DNA from: Trichosphaerium sp. ATCC 40318 | Lineage: Eukaryota; Protista; Tubulinea | Assembly: GCA_038496445.1 (NCBI GenBank) | Contig: JALMLS010000579.1 | Span: forward strand, 248,001-312,000 | Direction: 5' to 3' | Length of the DNA stretch: 64,000 nucleotides | Part shown: one piece after another, positions 14,289 through 25,980 of the stretch | Position numbering within the stretch: the first letter of the stretch is position 1 | Layout: each line of letters begins with the position of its first letter | Position numbers and translations under genes: made by a program | The notes under the pieces: generated by a model | Told to the model about the DNA's origin: nothing | The model's database searches: none | The model's input: the letters and a program-made list of their open reading frames with translations, nothing else

Positions 14289-14912
14289 ATGTGCGATATC
14301 GATAGAGCAGGTATTAACGGCGTCAGAAAACAACTCTTCGTTGAGGTATGAAGACAAAAAACTGCTAAATAGCTTAAAACCGCTTTTAGGGTAAATTGGG
14401 CCCTTGCTGGATGATTCTAGGCTACAACGGAAAACGTATTCAAGTTGTCGCTCAAGGCAACACAGGCGTTGAAGATTTGGTATCAAGACTCGGAGACGAC
14501 CAAGTCCAATACGTACTAGTACGTTTGCCGGACAAGAATGAGGTAAGGGAACCTAGAAACAAAATTGTTTCAAAAGCCGGCTATTCACTCTGAAATAGGT
14601 TATTGGCGCTGACGGTGAGGCTGTAAAGACTGGAAAGGATATTTTCATCCAATGGACAGGTCCAAAAGTCAAAGTCATGGAACGCGGTAAAAAAAGGACT
14701 CACGCTGGAGAAGTAGAGGTACGCACGCGTAATTAAAACAAAAAACAAGAATAACAACCTTTTTTGGAACAACAAATTTCTAACTGAACGTTTTTTAGAC
14801 CTTTATGAAGCCTGTCCATGCTTCACTCACTGCTGTAAGCAAGGACAACTTCAATGCTCCTACAATCTTGCAAAAAAGTCACCCAAAATCAGGTTCCCAC
14901 GTCTTGGACTAG
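14289..14912 (+). CDS. Coactosin-like ADF-homology actin-binding protein, 4 exons
   Basis: WMILGYNGKRIQVVAQGNTGVEDLVSRLGDDQVQYVLVRL..KDIFIQWTGPKVKVMERGKKRTH..KSGSHVLD*. Confidence 0.85.
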
Positions 14913-15015
14913 AGAGCCAATATTACACCTTGTACAAGCGAAATAAATCGTATCATCCAAAACAAAATCGGCAAAGTGTTTGCCATCAATTGGCTGAAGG
15001 GTATTCTTTGAAAGT

Positions 15016-18000
15016 ATGAACGAATTTAAAAATGGTACTCTTAGTATCCTTGTGTATTGCCTATCATTCTTTTTTTGTGCAAGCGCTGTGCAATTGTGTT
15101 ATTTTACGACCATATTTGACTATTCTGCTACAGCAGTTTGTGTTTCTGTTAACTAAGGCCTCTCGACACGATGTTTCTTTTCACTCCACAACGGTATTGT
15201 TTATTAGTTTATAGCGCTCATGCGCTAGTAGGCGTGAAGAAGATGTACAAACTGTGTTACCAGCTTCAACTTCAATGTACAGGCTCGCTTTGCGTACCAC
15301 GAAAAACGAACAGGTAATGTACATGGTTGTAGACTGGGACGCGCTTCATTACACCGCGTCAGAGCTAGCAAAAAAGATGCCTGAACAGTTCGTTCCGTTT
15401 CGCACGTTAGGCGACGGAAACTGCTTATTACACTCAGCTTCGCGTTCTTTGTGGGGTTCTGAGTCGTATCACGAGATACTGAGAAAACACCTAAAGTCTG
15501 AACTGCAAAACAATCGTGAGTATTATTGGCCCATCACAAAGGTAGAAACAAGCGAAGGAGAGGAAGAAAAAAACGACTTTGATGATACTCTGAAACAGGC
15601 CGAGAAAGGAGGCTCTCACCTGAGCTTTGTGCATTGTCTAGCACTTGCGAATATACTAAAGAGGCCAATAATCATTTATGCTGGAGACGAAGACACCGAA
15701 CGTTATGGAGAGGTTCGTCGTTAAATCATAAAATAACAACCCTCACAGCAGCGTAGGGTCAAGATGGTGTGTCTGCGTTATTTTTGCCAACACGTATTGG
15801 CGCAAGCGGTGTACACAAGTACGTAGTGTCCATTCAAAGCATTACGATGAGATTTAAGTCCAAAACGTCACACGATTTAATTTACTGAACGCTTTTTTTG
15901 ATTGTCTGTTTTTAAACCGTACACGCGATTAAACCCTCTACAGAGTACGACCAATAGCAATATCGTGGTCTTCAAAGATAAAAAACCATTTTGTTCCAAT
16001 CGTACCAGTTGTGGGCGTGGAATTCAAGTGGCATCTTCCAAAATTAGCTTTTGAAGACACTTTACAGGAGGTAACTCAAACAAGATCCTTTCAAACAAAG
16101 GGAACAATTTACAAAAAAACACAAAAAAAAGTTACATCATTCTTTCCTCAATTCTCACCGTTCATTACTATTTTGAGTGTCCTTCGACAAAACTTATTTA
16201 CAAAATATTTGTCAATAGGGAGAAAAAGTGGAAGATTACATACACTATGAGTCACAAGAAGATGAAGCAAAAAATTGTACGGTCATATTTCTTCCATTTT
16301 TTTTGTAAGCATTTTTGAATTGTTTCGTGTTTGTTTCAAATAAAACTGACTTATGAGGCAGGGAAGGAGCTTGAGGATTTCCAAACGAAAATAGAAGCAG
16401 ATAAGCTACAAAAGGAATATGAATTGGCACTACAAGCTCACTACGAGAGAAAGAAGAAGGAGGCAAATAAACAAAAATTAGTATTTATTCCAGGGACAAA
16501 TATGGTTATGGTTGCTGAAGATCGTGATGATATTGAAGAGGTAGATCAATATGGTAGGCCTAAGCTATATGACTTGGTATTATCTATACGTTTTGGTGGA
16601 AAGAAAAGGCACATTGGTTGGAATAAAGAAGGTACAAAAACAAGCGAGAGAATAATGGGTTTTTTATCCGCTTGTTTGGTGACCTTGGTGTTTCTTATTT
16701 TCGTTTTAGACGACCCATATGATTGCGCAAGACGTTTTTGTAAGAAACATAGGCTTGAGGATCAGATCCCTAAGATCCACAAGTTTCTATTCAATTGTCT
16801 CACAGCAAAAGCGTAAGCAATGTTCATTTTTTTTCCGCTCTAATTTGAAATAGTGAGGAAGGTTGGAGACCATCAGGAAACAAGCAACCTCTCCCAGACG
16901 AAAACGTCGGAAAAGAATTACCACCAGCCCCAACGCTCCCTTGCAAGCACATTCCGTTTGCAGGTAACCTTACTAACAACAGTTTTTTTCATATTTTCAT
17001 TGAATTCCGTCGCGGACTTATTTTTTTTTCAAAGGCCCTATGTTGTCATACCATAAAGGAAAAATCCCACAAATCAGAAACAAGCTTGTTCAATTCAATA
17101 CTCGCCTATTAAGCAATGATGTATGCAAAAAAAATATCTTTTAAGGTTTCAGTATTAACCTCTTTTGTGCTTAGCCAACGAAGTCTTTTGGTTTACAACC
17201 TGATGATATGGCTATCCTGGATAGCGTACTCACAATATTGGGTAAAGAAAATAGTAAAGAAGGTGTTTTTACGCCAGAACAACTCAATATTTTTTTGAAA
17301 CTGCTTAAATGGCCAATCTCTGAAGTATGGCCTGGTACGTCGTTTTTTAGTCACCCTCGAGTTGCGCGGTTACCTAAACGATTTTTTAGTTGTGGATATT
17401 GTCCGTTTACTAATTCTTAATCCCTCTGCACGAAAATACTACCTGGTATGTCATAAATTTAGATGCATTTACTTTTTTTTTTTGGATTAATGTTAATCTC
17501 TTTTGTAGTCTACACCAATGCCTGAGACTATATTTGATTGTATGTTCGCATTAGGAAGTAACTCAAAAGCTTCTGGAGCATGTAGGATGTTGACATTAAA
17601 GTTCATAACGAACATGTTTGAGGAGTACGTTTTCTTTTGTAGCGATTTTAATATGACAAAAAAGACAATCACCTAACAACTTTTTTGTAAAATAGTCAAT
17701 TAACACTTGGTTTGATCGCCAACCACAACAATAAGATAATGGACATAATTACAAAGATGGCAGAACCAGGTGATAAAATGGTTAAAAAGATACTACCTGA
17801 TCTATTATTGAAGTACGTGCTAGCAACGCGTTAATGGAAAACTTATGTTTTTTTGTTTTTTTCTTTAAAGGTTTACTGATGTTTTTGTGTAGTTTCGCCT
17901 TCTCTTTTAAAGACCACTATCACCCGCATCTTAAAGTGAAACTACTTAGCCTTCTTATAAAGGTACCTCAAAATAAACAAGTCTGTAAGGCTTCTACTTA

Positions 18001-18303
18001 CCCTATACAGCTCCTTAATGATACAACTCTGCCTGAAAGCACAAAATTACGACCACTCACAGCGTTTGGTACGATTTTGTGGAGGGATAGAGCGATGCGC
18101 TTTGAAGCTATAAAGCGTTGCAGTGTGGACCGATTATTGCAACGTACGTGCTATTTAGCGGCTTTTGTTGGTTTTAATCAAAATACCGCCAAAATTCGAA
18201 AAATACACTTGCTTACGGTATTTTAGCGTTTGTACTATCAAAGAATCGATTAATAGCAGAAACAGCTAGAGAAATTTTTGCAGTATTAAACGACAAGTCG
18301 TAA
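15016..18303 (+). CDS. OTU deubiquitinase (VCPIP1-like) fused to PFU and PUL domains; multi-exon, start approximate
   Basis: OTU: TLGDGNCLLHSASRSLWG, LANILKRPIIIY, RPIAISWSSKIKNHFVPIV. PFU-like: YDLVLSIRFG..IGWNKE-DDPYDCARRFCKKHRL. PUL-like: IRNKLVQFN, LLKWPISEVWP-VDIVRLLILNP, MLTLKFITNMF. Confidence 0.75.
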
Positions 18304-19097
18304 GAGCGTCCCTTGTAGTCATACGAATCTTATAAACTTTGTACAGTATCAATTGATTTGAAAGAGCGATGTTAGTTGACTTTTTTTCGATTTTTGTGAC
18401 TTGGGCTTAGAGAAAGTGGAGTTGTTGTTTAATATGGTTAATACGTTTAGTGGTTGTTATTAAAGCTCTTGTGATCGGTTGTTATCCTTATTGCTGGTAA
18501 TCCCACCATTTTTTTTTTAATGAAAGGTATTTTGTAATTGGGTTTTCTACCGAATTCTCACCTTGCTGGAGTATCCTCAGAACGTATTATTTTTTCGCCT
18601 TTTACTAAAAAATACCGTGAGTGATGCTCATCTGGCTCGTGTTCATATATTTTTGTGCCGCGATGCGGATAAACATCAACCCCTTAAACTAAAGAAAAAC
18701 AAAATCCTCGGCTTCACAAAATAAATGCATAACTGGCTACTTGTTGTTCGGTACAACCGACACCAAATAAAACTAGGCTACTTTGGTGGAACAGCATAAT
18801 AATGGCCAATTTAGTTGCTGTTGAGTTTGGAGCACATCAACTAGTACAGTATTCAAAGGAATAGCCATCATCCAATCATCTTCGATTTCAGCAATTAGCA
18901 CGTGTTAAGCCGGGTTGCTAAGCTAGCTTGAGGTAAAAATAACAAATTCAGTATGAAAGAGCGTTTGCGAAAGGTTTTATCGAAACCTTTCCGACGTAAA
19001 ACAAACACGCAGGTTATAGAGCACCAAAGTTGGTACAACACGTTTAAGCGAAATACACAATTGAAGTTGTTCTAAACCGTACTCTAGTACTCTATTA

Positions 19098-19727
19098 ATG
19101 CTTCCATTGGAGTTACAACACATGCTAATGAGTATTGACGCGAATGTAGAACGGTTATGGCCATTATTGTGCTACGACACTGCAATAACGTCTAGGTTCG
19201 ACGATTGCCTTGAAAAACACGGTGTATTCATAAAAAGAGACTATCTAATGCGTATAGCCCAAAAAGCTGATTTCAAAAATGGTATTCTTCAAGGTCCTTG
19301 TACTGAGTACTACGCTGATGGATCAATATATAAAACACTTACATATAAAGATGGTATTCTACAGGGAGAGTGTAAGATATTCTACCCGGGGGGTACGCTC
19401 CAGCAACTCGAGTTTTATAAAAACGGAGAACTCGATGGAGAGTTCAAGAAATGGCATGGTAATGGTAGACAACATCGTCTAGCATTCAATGTTAATGGTA
19501 AGGTAGATGGTAAGACTAAAGATTGGTATAGTAATGGGCAAGTATGTCAGGAGCAGAGCTTTAAAAATGGACTATTATTTGGTCAGAGTGTTGCTTTTTT
19601 TAATGATGGACAAGTTATGAGAAGAAGTCATTGGAGGAATGGGTTACTTCACGGTGAGACTACTGATTGGAAGAATGGTGCTATTGTTTCGTCGAGTATT
19701 TACAAAGATGGGCAAAGGTTATATTAG
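19098..19727 (+). CDS. MORN-variant repeat protein (YwqK-like), intronless
   Basis: Repeats such as YKDGILQGECKIFYPGG, YKNGELDGEFKKWHGNG and FKNGLLFGQSVAFFNDG. The N-terminus MLPLELQHML is weakly F-box-like. Confidence 0.85.
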   Translation: MLPLELQHMLMSIDANVERLWPLLCYDTAITSRFDDCLEKHGVFIKRDYLMRIAQKADFKNGILQGPCTEYYADGSIYKTLTYKDGILQGECKIFYPGGTLQQLEFYKNGELDGEFKKWHGNGRQHRLAFNVNGKVDGKTKDWYSNGQVCQEQSFKNGLLFGQSVAFFNDGQVMRRSHWRNGLLHGETTDWKNGAIVSSSIYKDGQRLY

Positions 19728-19968
19728 CTTGGATGGCTTGGTTTGGTTGTTGATTTTTTGTTGACCTTGGACATTGGCTTTACTCATTCCTAATGAACAG
19801 TGAGCAATATTTGTTTTACTGATTGAAGTAGCGTAGATGATTTTTGTCGTTGCATTAGTCAACTAATGCCATATATGTCAGTGAGGTTGTATCTGCAAAG
19901 ATCAAATATATTGCGTAATTAATATCAGTCAATAAAATGCACGTGATATTTCAAACAAATCGTTTTCT

Positions 19969-21578
19969 TTATTGATTCATACTTTCCTTCAACAACGTAA
20001 TAGCACGTTTACATATACTTATTCCAAACATTGCTACATGTGCCTCTTCTCTTTTAATACCAAGCAAACTCGCCATATACTCGTAAGCTTCATTCTTATT
20101 CATTTTCTTACTTCTCCAAAGAACATCAAAAACAGAATGTAGGTGAAGTCTGTAAATCTTACATTCAACTGAACAAGGTATTCCAAGAGGCTCTCCTTTC
20201 TCATGAACACAACTCTCATTTTTGAATTGTCTTTTGTTCTGATGTGCTTCATGCGTATTTCCGCAGTCAGGGCATATGTATACTAACCTTGCAACACGTA
20301 TAATGTAGTACGATATTCTTTTCCCACAATGACATGTCGATGGCTTGACATGATCTCTTTTCGTTCTAATAAGCTGCATTCTCTTACCACAAACGCAAGA
20401 AACATTCCATGTTTTCTCATCAATCTTTGTTGGTTTGATAGCTAAGCCATCATTCTCAGACTGAAAGGTTTCAGGGAAGTCACAGTAAGGCAGAGAATGG
20501 TATCTTTCATCGCATGGTTGGATTGCTTTTTTTTGATCTAAATCCTCACCAAAGTTCTTCTCTTTGTAGAGATTAGCCAAGTATTCTATCTCGTCAGCGT
20601 TTGCACCAAGATTCCTTACAGCGTTTATAACTCGATCAAGTATTCCAGCATCATGAATAGGTTTAATGAAAGCAGGTGTAGCACCGAGATAGTTTCTGTA
20701 TTTCAAAATATGAATGAATCTATAGTTTGGGTTTTTGCACTTGACTCGGTAACCACCAGCAAGACGGACTACATAGCCCTCAAAAGTAGGGTCTTCAAAG
20801 TTCCTTCTATCGACAGAATCATATACTGTAGGTCTTAAGACATGTAGCTTTGAAGCAACGTTGTCGAGATCAGCTGAAATCATTTCTTTCAAAGTTTTTC
20901 TTGAGTATGCTGCAAGAAGGTATAAACAACTTTTTTGGTATTGCCGTACTATTGTATTATCTAATGAACACATTTCAAAAGCATACGTGGTATCTTTATC
21001 CAAAAAAGAAAAGATTTCTACTTTTTCTTCATCTTTTTGAGAAAATTCTAAGATTTCGTAAAAGAGTTCTTTGTACGTGAGTCTACCGGAAGGTACTGTA
21101 TCATTAGCAAAGTTGTGACGACAAGAAACATGCCATGAGCCTTTATAGTTGAATAAAAGCATAAGAGTCCCGTCTTCTTTAGATTCAACTGAGACTGTTC
21201 TTTTTTTCTTCACATCGGCTAAAACACAATAAAAAGGCATGCTACAGTATGGCGGAGATGTACAGAGTCGCAAAACGACTCTAAAATATGATAATAGTGC
21301 AAAGAGGACGCACCATTGAAGAAACGAGTGAAAGCTTTGGCTACAACATTCCACGAGTTTTTTTCAAGTATTAGTGCTCTACAATCGTTTGTTATCTCGT
21401 TTCGCTTTGTGTGAGTTTGATGGTAGTTTAAAATGACAAGCGGTAGTGTTTCATGATGATGAACTACTAGTTTCCACTTTTTAGCTACTTTTTCCAGTCC
21501 TTCTCTTGATAGGGCTTCTTGTATTGCTAATGTAGCCCTGCTGTTCGTTTTATGTATACTGTGACTCTCTGCCATCAT
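19969..21578 (-). CDS. T4 Rnl1-type RNA ligase fused to a C-terminal DUF3268-like zinc-finger domain; probably one intron (21313-21219)
   Basis: ILNY..DCRALILEKNSWNVVAKAFTRFFN, motif I KEDGTL, AFEMCSLDNTIV, EGYVVR, RVKCKNPNY. C-terminus CPDCG..H..PLG..HSVFDVLW..EAYEYMASLLG..AHVAMF. Removing GTGCGT..TTTTAG (95 nt) joins the two ORFs in frame (504 aa). Confidence 0.8.
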
Positions 21579-21999
21579 ATATAGGCGTGTACCGCTTGTT
21601 TAGCAGGTTTGATACTATTATTTTAGAACGCACTTTTCTAAAATAATTCTCGGATTTTGACAGTTAAATACTCAATCACTTATGTAGCTTGAGCTGTCAA
21701 AGGTGATTTATCTTCACCTAGTAGCGAGTGCTACTGTCGCTTGTTATAGCCCACTACGCCAAAAGCTTACTAACACACTCACTTTCGGAGTGGTGCGATG
21801 CCGAAAAACAGAAAGTGTCGATGAATTGCAAGACTTGTACTTGTGTCTACTATTCAAGACGCCGAAATGGAGACTGTCAATTATTTTGCTTTAATGTACG
21901 TTGGTGTAGATATTTGTACACATGTGTTTTTCCATTGATGTAATACAAATACAATTGCAGAAACTTAACTCTTGGAATTTGTATCAGTAGAAATGGTTT

Positions 22000-23925
22000 T
22001 TATTGTGGAATCTCGGTTACACTTTCAAGTTTGTCGACAAATTTGATGTTCATAGTTTCGAGTTCTTCCAAGATTGGGTTGTATAACTCAGGAATAATTG
22101 GTCTTTGTAGCCCAGTGAGGTTCACTTTTCCTTCAAGAACAAGGCGGACAGTAATAGCTACAGGCAAAGAAACCTAATAAACAGGTTAACTAAACCAAAC
22201 AGAGGCTGTAATCGTACTGTTCTGCTCATTGAGGAATCTCCATTCTTGATACCGTAGTCAACCAACATGGATGTAATAGTCTAGTAGTTTATCAATAAGA
22301 TTGTAAGTAATGTAGCACCTACATGGCGTTCGTTCTTTTCAGGGAAATCGGCAGTTATTTCGTGCTTCATAAGTAACATGTCGCGCTCACCTTGAAAATG
22401 ATGTTAAAACCCACGTGTTTGTAAGAAACAAGTACCTTCTTCAAATTTCATTTTTTCAATCATAATATGACAAAGAGCGTCCAGTACGGTATCAGTACCA
22501 GCAGGTATCTATCCATTAAAAGTAAGAATTTTACAAAGCAATATAAATCAGTTTCGCACTTGTTGTTCCTCATACAAACCTAACCATGTCATTGCATGCA
22601 ATATGTATTTTTCAGTCTCCTAGAATAAATAAACAAAAAAACAGTTCGAAGCTAGCCATGTTAACTTACCGTATCTTTTGGGGTTATTGTGGTACCAGAT
22701 AACAGCTTCAAAGTAAGCTTACTATACGTAGTATTGGATAAATCAGTCTTGTCCAATGACAGGTATCCTATTTTGATTGTAAGCACATGATTAATAGTTG
22801 AGCACAAGAATTCGTGAAAGTCTATATGAAATACGTACCAATGTCAGCTAACCTCTTTACAACAGCGCACCAACCTGGTTTGGAACATGAGTTGTAAAAA
22901 ATCTTCAGTATATATGGTACCTTTGTATCTGTAACTACCTCGGATCATAGTCTTGCAGTGCTTAAGGCCATAAATATCAACGTATTGTGTGCTATCACGG
23001 TTTGGGTAAACTTCAAACTCGCCCATATCACCAACAGATTCAACAGTGTAGCTATCAAACAACTCTCCAGCTTTGATTGTACACTTCTTACCATCTCTAT
23101 TGCAAAGAAATTAGCAACGTCTTGATACATCTTGTGTTTGAATTCGTACTTAAAGAAAGTAGCAGCGTTTCGGCTTGCAAGGAGAACACCACGAGGAGCC
23201 CATGAAAATTTGAATCCGAATGGGTTGTTGTTATCTTCCGGAGCTGGCAGACCTCCACAAAAGCTTTTGAATCCAATGATCCTTCCACCTTCCTTAGCTA
23301 CAGAGCTGAAAATGCGCATAGCACTAAGGAACAACAGTGAGATTGCAATAAATAAACTAATATGCACGAATACGGCATTAAAGTGAATGAACGAACCTCA
23401 TATGATCTGTGCCAGGATCTACACCACATTCGTTTATGAGAATGATACCAGCATCCTTGGCTTCTTGCTCAAGTTCTTTCATGGCATCTGATACGTACGA
23501 AGTAGTGAAAAAGTTGATTCTAGCAGAAATACATTAGATTTTTGATATCACAATGACGAACAGCTGGTGATCTTAGTTTTAAATATAGCGTACTTGAACT
23601 TAATTGCTAACTTGGCTACTGCCACGTGGTGAATGTACGGTAACATGGAGACGATTGCAGAAAATTTTGTCTTAAAGAGGAGTTAGTGACAAAAAAGCGA
23701 ATGAAAAAGTTGTACTTCCGAAAGGAGTTTAGAGAGCTTCTCAAAGCCGTCTTTCTCTACATCTACTTGAATTGCTTTACTGTTCTTGATCCCGGCAACA
23801 AGTTTTTGAGCTTTCTCCAACCCTCTAGATCCAACATAGACGTTGTAATCGTGGTCTGACAAGTATTGTACACCTGGCTTTGTGACATAACCAGCACCAA
23901 GTATCAGAATGTTTTCCTTTGACAT
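22000..23925 (-). CDS. LYS9: Saccharopine dehydrogenase (NADP+, L-glutamate forming), multi-exon
   Basis: ILILGAGYV Rossmann motif, FFTTSYVSDAM, NECGVDPGTDH, FKSFCGGLPAPEDNNNPFGFKFSWAPRGVL, FEVYPNRDS, GDSSMSRTV-SLPVAI. Confidence 0.93.
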
Positions 23926-24804
23926 TATTGCTGTTGTTGTATCGCTTGTGTTATTCTTGTCAAAATGAATGAATTTGAAATTGAATTGTGACACGAATTC
24001 GTGATGTATCAAAATTATTTGGAAAGTGGTTCGATTTAGTGTATGATACGAATTCGTTCGGTTTTTTATCAATTTTATTTGGAGCTCCCAAAAAAGGTAA
24101 CGATTCTCCTCATTTGACTACGGCTGAAGGTGTGTCAACAAGTATTCGATGTTAAAACACTCTCACAAAAGTGTCTTGAACGTGACGAGGTAGTTAGAGT
24201 CTTTCGACTCAAGCACCTTGGATTTTTTCTTCGGCAGATTAGTCACTTCAACAATGCGTTTCTTCTGATTGTCAGAAATATCAACGCAGGCGGAAAAAAT
24301 CCATCGCAGAAATCAAATTATGGGTGCTGTTTCGTACCCTACACAGCATGTTGACACTTGAACCTTATCCTAGCTTAATCAGCAGAAAGCGTGAAGTGTT
24401 CTCAAAACATAGCGATTCGTTCTCGAAGACCAAGTGCCTGGTAGCTAACACACACGAAATAACACTACAACCCCAAAATTTGGCGTAAAATTACGTACGT
24501 CCAAGCCTACGCCAATCATGCCAGAGAAATCTGCCAGCAAGAAATAAATCTGGGAAGAAAGGTTTAATTTGGTTTTTTTGGAGAAGATAATTTCTAAATT
24601 CAATCGTCATGAATCGTTTGTTTCGTGTAATCGCGAGGCGTAAAGTGTTTTTCTGAATTGTTTATTTTTAGCCATTGGAGAGTGTGAAGAACGTGTTTCG
24701 GCGGGTTGCTATTCAGGTAATGCTGAGCCTATTCAATTGTGAATAAGTCACTAAATTACTACAATAAACTAAACAAAGCTCGTCTTGTAACCAACACCAA
24801 AAAC

Positions 24805-25980
24805 ATGGCATCTAAATTCTCGGTACTTGATCTTAACCTAGTTTCCACGTGTACAAATAAGCTTATTAAACGAATAGATTATAATATCGGTCTTACTATG
24901 CTCTTTAATTGTATCATACGCGTCTGATCCTTTTGTTGGAGAGATAAAAATCTTCGCTGGTAATTTTGCCCCGAGAGGTTGGGCATTCTGTAACGGTCAG
25001 CTACTACGTAAGTTATTGAACAATGATTGAGAAACATATTCTGAAAATTTTGTTTAAGCAATGGCTGGAAACGACGCTTTGGTGAGTTTAATTGGAACTA
25101 CATACGGCGGTGATGGTAGAACTACTTTTGGGTGAGTATTTAAACCAAATTGATAATCAAAGTACACGTGAATACTCAAGCCTAAGTCATGCTTCGATGT
25201 TTTTAAGCCGTTTTCCTTTACAGCTTGGAAAAAGTGCTTATTCATACTAGGCTACCAGATCTTCGCGGAAGAGCCCCTGTACATTTTGGCCAAGGTCCAG
25301 GTACATATGGTTGTACAGTCAAATAATAACTAATGCTTACCAGGTTTACAAAGCGTGAGACTAGGACAACAGTTTGGAGCAGAAACTACAACTCTAGCAA
25401 CGGCGAACATGCCTTCTCATGCACACTCAGTATCATTAATGGACCAAACAGTCGATTTCACTACATCTACGACAACCATTGAAGGTCAACCTGCAATATC
25501 AGGAAGCGCTTCAATCACTGGTGATCCGAATGTCGACCTGAATTTAGATGTCACAGCTGATGTCACACTCTCAAGAGGGCTACCAGGAGAAGCACCACCT
25601 TGTACATCTGGTAGTCTATTTAACTTGTTGCGTGTTGTAGACACTTGTCAATCGTTGGATGCACGTTGTCCAATAAAAGTGGAGCAGAATAGAGTGATAG
25701 GAAGTACATCGGGTAATGTGAACCTTTCTCTTGGAGTGGATACATCAGGGTTGACAGTTGACAAAGGTACGTTTCGGCCCAAACAGCAAAGTTTGAACTT
25801 GTACGGCTCTTATTGTTTCTTTAAGGTACTTTAAGCGCAACAACAACTGTTGAAGCAACTGTTGATGTTACTGGAGACACAACATCTGCAGGAGGAGGTC
25901 AGTCTTTTTCGAACCATCAACCTTCTCTTGGTGTAAACTACATTATTGCTCTTCAAGGTATATTTCCATCACAAAGCTAG
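24805..25980 (+). CDS. Secreted phage tail-collar domain / microcystin-dependent-protein-like (tail-fibre-like) protein, 6 exons, 282 aa
   Basis: Exons 24805-24822, 24878-25007, 25059-25131, 25251-25300, 25344-25766 and 25826-25980 (849 nt, in frame, all GT-AG) translate to a signal peptide plus SDPFVGEIKIFAGNFAPRGWAFCNGQLL..LVSLIGTTYGGDGRTTFGLPDLRGRAPVHFGQGPGL..GAETTTL..NMPSHAH..GGGQSFSNHQPSLGVNYIIALQGIFPS. Confidence 0.92.

Noticed and set aside
18350-18900. Possible small minus-strand gene sharing WPLLC with the MORN protein
   Set aside because: No consistent exon chain could be built, and a five-residue match may be chance.
21219-21354. Programmed frameshift between the two RNA ligase ORFs
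   Set aside because: A canonical GT-AG intron restores the frame more simply. An assembly indel remains possible.
19098-25980. Intact prophage, contractile injection system or giant-virus insertion linking the ligase, MORN and collar genes
   Set aside because: No sheath, tube, baseplate, capsid or integrase genes are present, and an ordinary intron-rich Lys9 gene lies between them.
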